A stretch of DNA of 64,000 nucleotides from an uncultured Gemmatimonadales bacterium (GTDB lineage: Bacteria; Gemmatimonadota; Gemmatimonadetes; Gemmatimonadales; GWC2-71-9), in NCBI GenBank assembly GCA_963825055.1, contig CAWGSK010000012.1:352001-416000 (forward strand). Direction: 5' to 3'. The notes below the pieces were generated by a model. It worked only from the letters and a program-made list of their open reading frames with translations. It did no database searches and had not been told where the DNA came from. Made by a program: the position numbers and the translations under genes. Shown here one piece after another: positions 32,570 through 46,310 of this stretch (the first letter of the stretch is position 1; every line of letters starts with the position of its first letter).

Positions 32570-32598
32570 TTGACTCACCGACATGACATAGGTATACT
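32570..32598 (+). promoter_or_regulatory. rRNA operon sigma70 promoter
   Basis: TTGACT-17 bp-TATACT followed by GC-rich discriminator ACGCGGCTGC. Confidence 0.85.
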
Positions 32599-32639
32599 AC
32601 GCGGCTGCCCAACACGGGTGGCCTGAACGACGAAACACA

Positions 32640-32652
32640 CGCTCTTTGATAA
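32640..32652 (+). promoter_or_regulatory. boxA antitermination site (leader); second copy in the 16S-23S spacer at ~34428-34440
   Basis: CGCTCTTTGATAA and CGCTCTTTGACAA resemble TGCTCTTTAACAA. Confidence 0.8.
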
Positions 32653-32796
32653 TCGATGTTGGGTATTGGGTGATGGAGTGCGGACCCTTCGATCCGGGGC
32701 TATGAGAGTGGCTTCGGTGAGGGTGTCAAGACTCTTATTTATTGTGATTCGGACGATATCAAAACCATCGTTCGCATGAGCAAGTTCAAGCTTTTC

Positions 32797-34334
<1,538 letters not shown>

Positions 34335-34556
34335 GGAGTGACGAGTAGTCGCCGGCTTCGGCCGCGCGCACGAAAGTCCTTCCTAGTCGCCCGCACTCCG
34401 CTCCCAATACCCCGCATCGATGTTTTCGCTCTTTGACAATCGACGGATGGATGTGCCGGTCGCCCTCGTGGTGACCGGAAGCAAGGTGTGAGGAATCCAA
34501 AACACCATGGTGCTGGTCGAGCCCATCGCGGGGTCGGCCGGGACCGAGAGAACTAT

Positions 34557-37517
<2,961 letters not shown>

Positions 37518-37555
37518 TTCCAATGATTCGTCACACCACACATCCATACGTCGAT

Positions 37556-37617
37556 GTCGAGACGTCGAGGAGTCGAGAAGTCAAGAACCTTGACCTCTCG
37601 ACCTCTTGACCCTCGAC
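37556..37617. repeat. Octamer-arm fold-back inside the 23S-5S spacer
   Basis: gtcgagac gtcgagga gtcgagaa gtcaag / cttgac ctctcgac ctcttgac cctcgac. Confidence 0.8.
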
Positions 37618-37625
37618 CAGCCTTC

Positions 37626-37743
37626 GGCTGACGACTAGCGCGCAGGGGCCACACCCGTTCCCATTCCGAACACGGCAGTTAAGCCCTGCAGCGCCGATGG
37701 TACTGCCACTGAGAGGTGGTGGGAGAGTAGGCCGTCGCCAGCC
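37626..37743 (+). rRNA. rrf: 5S rRNA
   Basis: CACACCCGTTCCCATTCCGAACACGG, GCGCCGATGGTACT, GGGAGAGTAGG; terminal helix GGCTGACGAC/GTCGCCAGCC. Confidence 0.98.
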
Positions 37744-37750
37744 ACCCCCG

Positions 37751-37789
37751 AAGCCCGGTGTCCCTTGCGGATACCGGGCTTTGTTTGTT
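37751..37789 (+). terminator. rRNA operon intrinsic terminator
   Basis: AAGCCCGGTGTCC-CTTGC-GGATACCGGGCTT followed by TGTTTGTT. Confidence 0.85.
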
Positions 37790-37867
37790 CAGGCGGACAG
37801 GCGGACAGATAATATCTTCCGATACCCGATACCCGATACCCGATACCCGATACCCGATACCCGATAC
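37790..37867. repeat. CAGGCGGA x2 plus heptamer CCGATAC x7
   Basis: Read directly; same CCGATAC unit as 4492-4519. Confidence 0.9.
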
Positions 37868-37883
37868 CCATTCCCGGCAACCC

Positions 37884-38594
37884 ATGCTCACCCCGCTCGT
37901 CCTCGCCCTGCTCCTGGGCCTCAGGCACGCTGCCGACCCCGACCACCTCACCGCCGTGTCGACCCTGGTTCTGACCGAACGCGGGCGCCCCGCCCGTCAT
38001 GCCGGGGTGCTGGGGCTCGCCTGGGGCGCCGGCCACGCGGTCACGCTGCTCCTGCTCGGCATTCCCGCCATCCTGCTCGGGCGGCTCCTGCCCGACGGGA
38101 TCCAGCGCCTGGCCGAGGTCGTGGTGGGCCTCATGATCGTCGGGTTGGCCCTCCGGCTGCTGTACCGGTGGCGCCAGGGCTACTTCCATTCGCACCCGCA
38201 CCGGCACGGCGAGGTCGAGCACGTGCACCCGCATGTCCACGTCGCGGCCGACGCCCATGCACACGCGCCACACGCCCATCCGCACGCTTCGCGTCTCGGG
38301 CGCAGTCCGCTCGCGGCGTTCGGGATCGGGCTGGTCCATGGCATCGGAGGGTCGGCGGGGGCGGGCGTCCTGCTGATCGCCACCATCCCGGAACGGCGGC
38401 TGGCCGTGCTCGCCCTGGGGATTCTCGCGGGGGCCACGGCGCTCTCCATGGCACTGCTCTCGGTGACGTTCGGCCTCGCCCTCGGACGTCCAGCCGTCCG
38501 TCAGGGGCTGCCAGCGGCCATTCCGGTGCTGGGGGTGCTCACCCTGGCGTTCGGGGTCTGGTATGCCCTTGCGGCGACGGGGTTCATCGGGTAG
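37884..38594 (+). CDS. Ni/Co transporter-like membrane protein (NiCoT/UreH type) with His-rich loop
   Basis: GLRHAADPDH TM motif, WGAGHA, HSHPHRHGEVEHVHPHVH, GLVHGIGGSA. Confidence 0.85.
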   Translation: MLTPLVLALLLGLRHAADPDHLTAVSTLVLTERGRPARHAGVLGLAWGAGHAVTLLLLGIPAILLGRLLPDGIQRLAEVVVGLMIVGLALRLLYRWRQGYFHSHPHRHGEVEHVHPHVHVAADAHAHAPHAHPHASRLGRSPLAAFGIGLVHGIGGSAGAGVLLIATIPERRLAVLALGILAGATALSMALLSVTFGLALGRPAVRQGLPAAIPVLGVLTLAFGVWYALAATGFIG

Positions 38595-40491
38595 CCGGAC
38601 CGGGCTCACTGACGAGGGTCAGGGCCAGCGCCAGGAAGTCCCGCTCGCTCACGATGCCAATCAGCCGGTCCCGATGCACCACCGGCAGGCAGGCCACCTG
38701 CCTGTCGCGCATGAGCATGATGGCTTCGCGACAGCTCGCCTCCGGCCCGATGGTCACGGGCGCAGTATGCATCAGGTCCCGCACGGGGACACCCTCCGGG
38801 CCACGTCCCCGGGCCAGGAGCCGCAGGAGCGCCCGGTAGGACACGAGGCCCACCAGGCGGCCCTGGTCATCCTCCACCGGGATGTGCCGGATGTGCTTCC
38901 AGTCCATGAGGCTGGCGGCAATGTCCACCAGGTCATCGGGATGCAGGGTGAACAGGTCGGTCGTCATCACCTGAGCCACGGTGCGGTAATTCTCTTCCGG
39001 AGACGGGACTTCCGTCGGATCCGGGAGGGGCCAGCGGTGGACCGGGGTTCCGTTCCACTGGCGCGCGAGGATTGCCCGGGTCACGGCCTGGCTTCGTACG
39101 GTGGCGGACCGGATGCCGCGCAGGCGCTCGAAGGCCTGAAGCGTCCAGCAGGCCCCCGTGAGCCCCGTGTCGACCCGCTCCCGGATGATGCCGAGCCGTG
39201 ACGCGGCCTCGTGTGGGTCGATGCCGATCCGCGCGAGGCCTTCGGCGGCCACGTCCAGCAGCTCCCCCAGGATCAGCTCCCGTGCACCCACCGCGCGTCC
39301 GTCCTGCCACCGGAAGGTTGCGTGGAGCCCGTAGCGCGCCGCCGCGAGGAAATTGGCGCGGACGTCGTCGAACGCGAATCGCTCGCGAACATCCGGAATC
39401 CGGGCCCCCAGCCCGGCGACCAGGCCGTAGAAGAACGCGGCATTCGCCAGCTCGTCCGTCGGCGTGGGGCCGGCCGGGAGGGGGCGATGCTCGATCCGGA
39501 GATGGGCCTTCCCGTCGATGGCACCCACGCAAGGCCGGTTCCAGCGATAGACCGTGCTGTTGTGGAGCGCGAGCGCGCGCAGGTGGGGAAGGTCGCCCCG
39601 CGCCAGCATCGCACTCGATGATTCCCCCGGTTCCGCCAGGATGAGGACCCGGTGGCGCGCGATAGCGTCCTCGAAGAGTTCGCGGACGGACTGGTCCACC
39701 CAGCGGTTGCCGAAGGAGACCCGGCGCCAGGTCCCGCGCAGGCGGTGGGGGACGGAGCGGATGTCCATCGACTGCTCGAACAGGGCGATGCGTGTCTCGC
39801 GCCACAGCCGCCGCTGGAGGAGCAGCGGGGCGTTGACCGCCGCGGCCAGTACCGGCGCAGTGATGGCCTGAACCGTGTTGTAGGTGGCCGCGAAATCACC
39901 CGGGGGCACCTGGAGGTGGATCTGGAAGCTCGTGTTGCAGGCTTCGAGCAGGATATTGTCGTGGTCCACGTCGAGGTCGTCATCACCGGCGATGTGCGTC
40001 CGGTAGCTTCCCCCGATGGCCTGGCACAGCACACGGTTCAGCTCGTGGTAGCGGGCCTCCGGGGTCAGGGAGGTGAGGTCAAGGTCGGCCAGCTCGATGG
40101 AGGGCAGGGTGCCAGCCAGCAGGATGTCGCAGCCCAGGGCCTGCGCGCTCACGCGCGCCCGGGAGAGCAGGGCGGTGAGCTCGTCCTCCATCCGCCCCAG
40201 CGCCTCCGTGTTGAGGGGCACCGGCGCGAGGTTGGCCTCGAGGTTGAACTGGGCGATCTCGCTGGTGAAGGGAGGGCCGAGCGTGGCGAGGAGGGGGACG
40301 GCGCGGCACGCGGGCCGGCCCGCAGCGTCCACGATGAACATTTCCTGCTCGGCGCCGATCCGCACCGGGGCATCCTCGAAGACGCCGCCGGCAATCATCC
40401 GGTCGAGGGCGCGCAGGTCGTCCAGGAGGGCGCGCGTGAACGCCCGCCGCGCCGCCTCGTCTTCACCGGTCCGGACGTCGTGATCCCCCAT
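38584..40491 (-). CDS. Glutamate-cysteine-ligase (GCS2)-family protein with C-terminal CBS pair
   Basis: IGAEQEMF, EIAQFNLEAN, EACNTSFQIHLQV, LWRETRIALFEQS, HNSTVYRWNRPC, LRIEHRPLPAGPT; two CBS repeats. Confidence 0.88.
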   Translation of the reverse strand: MGDHDVRTGEDEAARRAFTRALLDDLRALDRMIAGGVFEDAPVRIGAEQEMFIVDAAGRPACRAVPLLATLGPPFTSEIAQFNLEANLAPVPLNTEALGRMEDELTALLSRARVSAQALGCDILLAGTLPSIELADLDLTSLTPEARYHELNRVLCQAIGGSYRTHIAGDDDLDVDHDNILLEACNTSFQIHLQVPPGDFAATYNTVQAITAPVLAAAVNAPLLLQRRLWRETRIALFEQSMDIRSVPHRLRGTWRRVSFGNRWVDQSVRELFEDAIARHRVLILAEPGESSSAMLARGDLPHLRALALHNSTVYRWNRPCVGAIDGKAHLRIEHRPLPAGPTPTDELANAAFFYGLVAGLGARIPDVRERFAFDDVRANFLAAARYGLHATFRWQDGRAVGARELILGELLDVAAEGLARIGIDPHEAASRLGIIRERVDTGLTGACWTLQAFERLRGIRSATVRSQAVTRAILARQWNGTPVHRWPLPDPTEVPSPEENYRTVAQVMTTDLFTLHPDDLVDIAASLMDWKHIRHIPVEDDQGRLVGLVSYRALLRLLARGRGPEGVPVRDLMHTAPVTIGPEASCREAIMLMRDRQVACLPVVHRDRLIGIVSERDFLALALTLVSEPGPATR

Positions 40492-40568
40492 GACCGTCTC
40501 CCGCTCGGGTCCCTGACAAGCTGCGAGCCCGAGCGTGAGGAGTCAGTGAAGGGGCCGTGAAGACGTGG

Positions 40569-42026
40569 TCATGGACCCCAGTCGGCCGCGAAGTCCTGGG
40601 CGGGGTTGTTGGTAAACCGGGCCTGGTTGGTGCCGTCGGCCTGCATGGTGTACAACTCGACGTTCCCGTCCCGGTCGGTGTCGAAGACGATGTAGTCGCC
40701 GTTGGGCGAGAACGACGGGACCTGCTCACGGGCCGCGGTGGTGGTCAGGCGCAGGAGCCCCGTGCCGTCCGCGTTCACCCGGTAGACCTCCTCGTTCCCG
40801 TCCCGGTTGGTGATGAACACGATCATCGTCCCGTCCGGCGAGTACTCGGCACTGTGGTCGTTACTGGTCGAGGTCGGGAGCAGGGCGGCCTGGCCGCTGC
40901 CGTCGGCGTTCATCGTCCAGAGCTTCGACGGCCCGACGGCGCCCCCGCCGGTCGCAGGAGCCCGGCGGCTGAAGAGAATCGTGGTGCCATCGGGAGACCA
41001 CTGCGGCTCCAGGCTTTCCTGGGTGCCGCTGGTGATGGGGGTCACGCCGGTGCCGTCGGCGTTCATCACGTAGATCTCCAGGTGCCCTCCGGTGCGGGTG
41101 CTGGCGAACACGATCTTCGAGCCGTCCGGCGACCAGGCAGGGAACCAGTCGACTGCCGCGTCGTTGGTGAGGTTGACCTGGTTGCTGCCGTCGATGTCCA
41201 TCCCGTAGATCTCGTACTGGCCGTCACGGTTGCTCTCGAAGATCACCTTCGAACCATCGGGAGAGAGGGCTGGATACCAGTCCACCTGGCTGGCGCTGGT
41301 CAGCCGGGTGAGTCCCGTGCCGTCCGGCTTCACCGAATACACCTCCATCTGGCCGTCGCGGTCTGTCGCGAAGACGATCGTCCCCGTGGGGGCGGTGCCG
41401 CAGTCCAGCGTGAAGCCGACGGGCGTCGTGGTGGAGGCGGTGACCGGGACCGTCTGCGACAGCGACGCTGCCGACGTGCAGTTGAGCGCCGCGCCGTTCA
41501 GGGCGACCGTGTGCGAACCGACGGCAACACTGGAGAACGAGACGGTTGCGTTCACGCCGATTGACTGGGCGGCGCCGCCGTCCACGCTGATGAGGTAGCC
41601 GTCGGGATCCGGGTTGGTGCCCGTGGTGGTCGTGGTGACGCTGATCGTCCCCGTGGGCATGCCGGTGGCGGTGCAGGAGATGTCGAATGCGACCGACGTC
41701 GTGTCTCCCGCCGTGACCGTGGCCGACTTGCTGGTGCCGCCGCTCACCGTGCAGTTGGCGGAGATCGCCCCGAGTACCGTCGTGTGGGCACCGGCCGACA
41801 GCCCCACCACCGTGATGGCGGCGTTGGTCCCGATGGCGCGTGCCGTCCCCCCGTCCACGGTAACTGTGTAGCCATCCGGGTCCTGGTTCATCCCCGACGT
41901 CACGGTCGTAACGCGAATCGCGCCCGTCGTGGGCGGAGGATTGGGTGAACTTCCGTCCTTCCCGCACCCCAGTGACAGGGTCAGAAGGCTGAGGGCCAGG
42001 GTGGGGTATTGCCGGGGGAATGGCAT
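40569..42026 (-). CDS. Lipoprotein with two Ig-like repeats and TolB-like PD40 beta-propeller
   Basis: Lipobox LSLG-C; two 'DPDGY.v.VDGG' repeats; PD40 repeats 'P..SPDG..IVF...RDG..EIY.M.ADG'. Confidence 0.88.
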   Translation of the reverse strand: MPFPRQYPTLALSLLTLSLGCGKDGSSPNPPPTTGAIRVTTVTSGMNQDPDGYTVTVDGGTARAIGTNAAITVVGLSAGAHTTVLGAISANCTVSGGTSKSATVTAGDTTSVAFDISCTATGMPTGTISVTTTTTGTNPDPDGYLISVDGGAAQSIGVNATVSFSSVAVGSHTVALNGAALNCTSAASLSQTVPVTASTTTPVGFTLDCGTAPTGTIVFATDRDGQMEVYSVKPDGTGLTRLTSASQVDWYPALSPDGSKVIFESNRDGQYEIYGMDIDGSNQVNLTNDAAVDWFPAWSPDGSKIVFASTRTGGHLEIYVMNADGTGVTPITSGTQESLEPQWSPDGTTILFSRRAPATGGGAVGPSKLWTMNADGSGQAALLPTSTSNDHSAEYSPDGTMIVFITNRDGNEEVYRVNADGTGLLRLTTTAAREQVPSFSPNGDYIVFDTDRDGNVELYTMQADGTNQARFTNNPAQDFAADWGP

Positions 42027-42138
42027 CAACAGGGGCTCCATGGAGGTCAGGTGCGGAATCGACGGCCCGCCGACGGCCTGCGGCAACGGGGCCGTCCTCT
42101 CAATCTGGCTGGCACCCCGTCCGCTGTGCCAGTGGCCA

Positions 42139-42154
42139 TGCAAGGATTGCGCCT
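42139..42154 (-). promoter_or_regulatory. Putative sigma54 (-24/-12) promoter for the TolB-like lipoprotein gene
   Basis: Minus strand AGGCGCAATCCTTGCA matches GG-N10-GC with TTGCA. Confidence 0.5.
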
Positions 42155-42214
42155 TGCCGGCGGGGGCGCCGTGACCCCTCTCACCCCGGGGCTCCGGGCC
42201 GGTATCTTTCCGGC

Positions 42215-43090
42215 ATGGACCCTTCGGCACCTCCGCGCTCGGGGCACGTGGCTCTCGCGGGACTCCCCAACGTGGGCAAGAGTTCACTGCTCAATGCCCT
42301 GGTCGGGGAGCACCTCGCCATCGTCAGCCCCCGAGCGCAGGCCACCCGCCTTCCGGTCGTGGGGCTTCGCACCGACGGCGACACGCAGTACGTCTTCCAC
42401 GATCTCCCCGGCCTGCTCGATCCCCGCTACCTGATGCAGACGAGGATGCGTGCGGTGGCCGTGGAGGAGGTCCGCCGCGCCGACGTGATCCTGCACCTCC
42501 ACCCCGCTGACGAAGCGCCGGCGCCGGACTTCCTCTCCGTGGCCGGGCTGGACCTGCCACCCCGCGGCACCCTGTTGACCGTCTACACCAAGGGAGACCT
42601 GGCGGGCGCGCCCGGGCGCGCCGGCCGGGGCGATGCCCTCGTGGTGAGTGCCACCACCGGCGACGGGCTGCCGGAGTTGCTCGAGCGAATACGGATGAAC
42701 CTCCCCGAACGCCCCTTCGAGTTCAATCCGGACGACCTGGGAACGCAGCCGCTCCGCTTTTTCGTGGTGGAGTACCTGCGCGAAGCGGCGTTCGAACTGC
42801 TGGCGGAGGAAGTCCCATACGCCTTCACCGCAGAGGTCGAGGAGTTCCGGGAGCACACCGATCCGGTGTACATTCGGGTCCACCTCTACGTCGAGCGTGA
42901 GTCGCAGAAGGCGATCCTGATCGGCAAGGGCGGACGGACCATCCGGGACCTCGGGCGCCTGGCCCGGGCGCGGCTGGAACGGCTGATGGATCGTGCGGTG
43001 TACCTCGACTGCTGGGTGAAGGTGCTGCCACGCTGGCGCAAGGACCCCGCGGCACTCCTGCGGTTCGGTTTTCCCACGGAGGACGCCTGA
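42215..43090 (+). CDS. era: GTPase Era
   Basis: [38 protein letters not shown] domain. Confidence 0.95.
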   Translation: MDPSAPPRSGHVALAGLPNVGKSSLLNALVGEHLAIVSPRAQATRLPVVGLRTDGDTQYVFHDLPGLLDPRYLMQTRMRAVAVEEVRRADVILHLHPADEAPAPDFLSVAGLDLPPRGTLLTVYTKGDLAGAPGRAGRGDALVVSATTGDGLPELLERIRMNLPERPFEFNPDDLGTQPLRFFVVEYLREAAFELLAEEVPYAFTAEVEEFREHTDPVYIRVHLYVERESQKAILIGKGGRTIRDLGRLARARLERLMDRAVYLDCWVKVLPRWRKDPAALLRFGFPTEDA

Positions 43091-43260
43091 TGACCCTGTC
43101 GCCCGAACTGCTCGAGATCCTCGTCTGCCCGAAGTGCCGGGGAGATCTCGAGTATCGCCAGGAGCCCGAGGAAGTCCTCGTGTGCCACCAGTGCCGGCTC
43201 GTCTACCCGGTGGACGACGGCATACCGGTCATGCTGATCGACGAGGCCAGGCCGCTCTGA
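43090..43260 (+). CDS. Trm112-family protein (YcaR-like, 56 aa; below ORF-track cutoff)
   Basis: [22 protein letters not shown]....[29 protein letters not shown] overlap with era. Confidence 0.92.
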   Translation: MTLSPELLEILVCPKCRGDLEYRQEPEEVLVCHQCRLVYPVDDGIPVMLIDEARPL

Positions 43261-44336
43261 CCGATTCAGCGGATGGCCTTCTCCGGGGCATCCTCCTCCG
43301 GCCGCGCAACCTGCTCCTCCTTGCGGTGCCGGTCAGCTTGGTCCTGCGCCTGATGCAGGCGCCGGATGCGCTCCAGTTCGTGGTGGCCTGCCTCGCCGTC
43401 CTGCCGCTCGCCGGCTACATGGGCGAGGCCACCGAACACATCGCCCACCGCACCAATCCCGCCATCGGCGCCCTGCTCAACGCCACCTTCGGCAACGCCG
43501 CCGAGCTGATCATCGCCCTCATTGCGTTGAACGCGGGGCTGACGGAACTCGTCAAGGCCTCCATCACCGGCAGCATTCTCGGCAACCTGCTTCTGATCCT
43601 CGGCATGTCGCTGATGGCCGGGGGACTCCGCCGGCCGGTCGTCAGGTTCAACCGTACCGCCGCCGGGATGAGCGCCGCGATGATGGCGCTGGCCGTCGTC
43701 GCGCTGGTGTTCCCGGCTATCTTCCACCTGCTGCACCCGCAGGCCGTAGCCGAGGAGCTGTACCTGTCGGAGGGCGTGGCGATCATCCTCCTGGTCACCT
43801 ACGGGTTGTCCCTGCTGTTCACGCTGCGGACCCACACGCACCTGATCGGCGGCGGTGCAACCGCGGTCGAGGATGCACCGTGGCCAAGGGGCCTCGGGAT
43901 CGGCGTCCTGTTTGGCGCCACCGCGCTGGTGGCCTGGGAGTCCGAACTCCTGGTCCATACCGTGGAGGCGGTGACCGTATCCTGGGGGCTCTCCGAGACG
44001 TTCCTGGGCCTGATCGTGATCCCGCTGATCGGCAATGCCGCCGAGCATTTCTCCGCGATCCTGGTCGCCCGGAAGGGCAAACTCGATCTTGCGCTGGGCA
44101 TCGCCCTCGGCAGCAGCACCCAGGTCGCCCTGCTTGTCGCGCCGCTCCTCGTTTTCGCCGGTCTCGTGCTGGGACGCACCATGAACCTGGTATTCACCGC
44201 CTTCGAGGTGGCCGCCCTCGGCATGGCGACGGTCATTATCGCCATCATTACACTGGATGGAGAATCGCACTGGTTTGAGGGCGTGCAGCTCCTGGCCGTC
44301 TATGCGATGGTCGGGGTTGCGGGGTTCTTTATTTGA
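43257..44336 (+). CDS. cax: Ca2+/H+ antiporter (CAX/ChaA family); start uncertain
   Basis: [49 protein letters not shown]. Confidence 0.93.
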   Translation: MTDSADGLLRGILLRPRNLLLLAVPVSLVLRLMQAPDALQFVVACLAVLPLAGYMGEATEHIAHRTNPAIGALLNATFGNAAELIIALIALNAGLTELVKASITGSILGNLLLILGMSLMAGGLRRPVVRFNRTAAGMSAAMMALAVVALVFPAIFHLLHPQAVAEELYLSEGVAIILLVTYGLSLLFTLRTHTHLIGGGATAVEDAPWPRGLGIGVLFGATALVAWESELLVHTVEAVTVSWGLSETFLGLIVIPLIGNAAEHFSAILVARKGKLDLALGIALGSSTQVALLVAPLLVFAGLVLGRTMNLVFTAFEVAALGMATVIIAIITLDGESHWFEGVQLLAVYAMVGVAGFFI

Positions 44337-44382
44337 CAACTTTATCGAAAGCCCGTAAGTTGCCACCAATTCACTTCTTACG
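44333..44382 (+). promoter_or_regulatory. sigma70 promoter (TTGACA-17-TAAGTT) overlapped by palindrome CGTAAG-N17-CTTACG
   Basis: TTGACA 44333-44338, TAAGTT 44356-44361, CGTAAG 44354-44359, CTTACG 44377-44382. Confidence 0.6.
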
Positions 44383-44392
44383 AGGTTAGAGG

Positions 44393-45379
44393 GTGCGGAC
44401 TCGCCCGACGATTCTCCATTACTCGCCGGACGCGCGCCCGGTTCCTCCCCTGGTCAGGCACTGGGCGGAGGCGAAGGCGTTCCCCCTCATGGTCCTGGAC
44501 CGGGCGGAGGAGGTCGAGTCCGTGATCCTCCGCGGCTTCCCCTGCATCCTCTTCGTCGACGCTGAGGGCAGCCATCGCGCCAGGGCCGTGGAGCTGGTGC
44601 GGCGGCTCAAGGATGACGCCTTCACCGCGATCGTGCCCGTGGCGGTGCTGGCCACTGATCACGCCACGGACCAGGTGCAGGAGTGGTTCACTGCCGGGAC
44701 GGACGAGGTGATCACCAGTCTCTTCCCCCCCGCCGAGCAGCGGGCGCGCCTCGAAGCCATGCTGATCCGGACCGAGCGGGACGTGTCGGTCCACCCTTCG
44801 ACCCGCCTTCCCGGCACGACCGAGATCGAGCGCGAAATCCGACGGCAGCTCGACGGCGGCGGGGAATTCGCGGTCTGCTACGCCGACCTTGACCATTTCA
44901 AGGAATTCAACGACCGGTACAGTTACTACGACGGCGACCGGGTGATCTACCTGGTGAGCCGCCTCCTCCACGACGTCGTCAAGGGGCTTTCCGGCCCACG
45001 GGGATTCGTGGGACATATCGGCGGCGATGATTTTATCTTCATCATTCCCTGGAAGGACGTCAGCCCGGTCTGCACCGAAGTCCTCTCGGTGTTCGACACC
45101 CTGGTCCCGCTCCAGTACAGCGAGCAGGACCGCCGGGCGGGGTACTTCTTCGGGAAGGACCGCCGCGGCCAGCTCCACCGCGTACCGCTGATGACCCTGT
45201 CGATCGGCATCGTCACGAACCGGAACCGGCGGTTCGCACACCCGGCTCAGGTCAGCGAGCTGGCCACGGAGATGAAGAGTTACGCCAAGACATTACCGGG
45301 CTCGGTGTACGTCGTGGACCGGAGGACCTCGGACGATGCCCAGGTCCACGAAGGTCCCGACGCGCGGACCGAGCGGTGA
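44393..45379 (+). CDS. GGDEF protein with degenerate N-terminal receiver-like domain
   Basis: YADLDHFKEFND, GHIGGDDF, TLSIG; N-term REC-like 'FVD..IVPVAVL..AGTDEVI'. Confidence 0.88.
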   Translation: MRTRPTILHYSPDARPVPPLVRHWAEAKAFPLMVLDRAEEVESVILRGFPCILFVDAEGSHRARAVELVRRLKDDAFTAIVPVAVLATDHATDQVQEWFTAGTDEVITSLFPPAEQRARLEAMLIRTERDVSVHPSTRLPGTTEIEREIRRQLDGGGEFAVCYADLDHFKEFNDRYSYYDGDRVIYLVSRLLHDVVKGLSGPRGFVGHIGGDDFIFIIPWKDVSPVCTEVLSVFDTLVPLQYSEQDRRAGYFFGKDRRGQLHRVPLMTLSIGIVTNRNRRFAHPAQVSELATEMKSYAKTLPGSVYVVDRRTSDDAQVHEGPDARTER

Positions 45380-45386
45380 GGAAGTC

Positions 45387-46160
45387 ATGAACGTCACCTG
45401 TCCCAGCTGCGCCACCATCTATCGGGTGGACCCTGACAAGGTTCCCGAGCGCGGCGTGCGCGCCCGCTGCCGGGTCTGCGCGGCCGTCTTCGCCGTGGAT
45501 CGTTCCGGTCGCGAAGTGCCCGCCGGCGCCCCGGCCGCCGTCGTGGCCGGTTCCGCCCCCACCCAGGTCGCGACGCCGTTCGACTCCTGGCAGGAGCCGG
45601 TTGCCACGCATTACGAGCCTGCGGCGCCGGTGCCGTCCTCGCCGGTGCCGTCGGAATTCCCCTCCGCGCCGCCGGCCCCCCCGGTGCGCGAGGAGCCCGC
45701 CGCCGCGCCCGCTCCCCCGGAACCGCGTGAGGAATCTCGCCCGGAACCGCCGCGGGCCACCACCAGCGCCGTGCCGCCCGCTGCGCCGTCGTCCCGTCCG
45801 GGCGCCCTGATCGGCATGCCCCCGGTCGTACCGCCGGGTGCCGGCCGCGGTGCCAGCACGACCCCGTCTGCGGGGCACTCCAGGCCAGCCGGGCGCAGGG
45901 TGAACCCGTTCATGACCCAGGATCCGGACCAGAAGGCCCGGCGCCTGGCACGGGCCCTCATCTCCGACCTGGTCGTGTACTATCCCGAGCGGCGGGAGGA
46001 GGGCCTCAGGAACGACAGCCTGAAGTCCCTGTTCGACGAGGAGATCCGCAAGAGCTGGGAGGAATACACCGACCAGGTCGGGGCGGAGATGGCCGAGGGC
46101 ACGAGCCACTTCACCGACGCCCTGAACGAGATCCTCGCGGGCGGCCGACAGGTGTTCTAG
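45387..46160 (+). CDS. MJ0042-type zinc-ribbon protein with Pro-rich linker and helical C-terminal domain
   Basis: MNVTCPSCATIYRVDPDKVP..VRARCRVCAAVF; C-term ARRLARALISDLVVYY. Confidence 0.85.
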   Translation: MNVTCPSCATIYRVDPDKVPERGVRARCRVCAAVFAVDRSGREVPAGAPAAVVAGSAPTQVATPFDSWQEPVATHYEPAAPVPSSPVPSEFPSAPPAPPVREEPAAAPAPPEPREESRPEPPRATTSAVPPAAPSSRPGALIGMPPVVPPGAGRGASTTPSAGHSRPAGRRVNPFMTQDPDQKARRLARALISDLVVYYPERREEGLRNDSLKSLFDEEIRKSWEEYTDQVGAEMAEGTSHFTDALNEILAGGRQVF

Positions 46161-46310
46161 CCGCCCCCGGCAGCGCGGGGGCGGAAGGCCGGCCGGCGCG
46201 CTATATTTCCCCCACGCGAGCCGTCCCTCCGCGATCGCGGACGGACGGCTCGCGCGTTCACGCCGGAGCGCCCGCTCCGGCCCGTATGGAATCCGCAGGA
46301 GGAAGTGCCG

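Noticed and set aside
44880..44945. Hypr-type GGDEF making 3',3'-cGAMP
   Set aside because: The specificity Asp of the 'GD' motif is retained (YYDGD), not Ser
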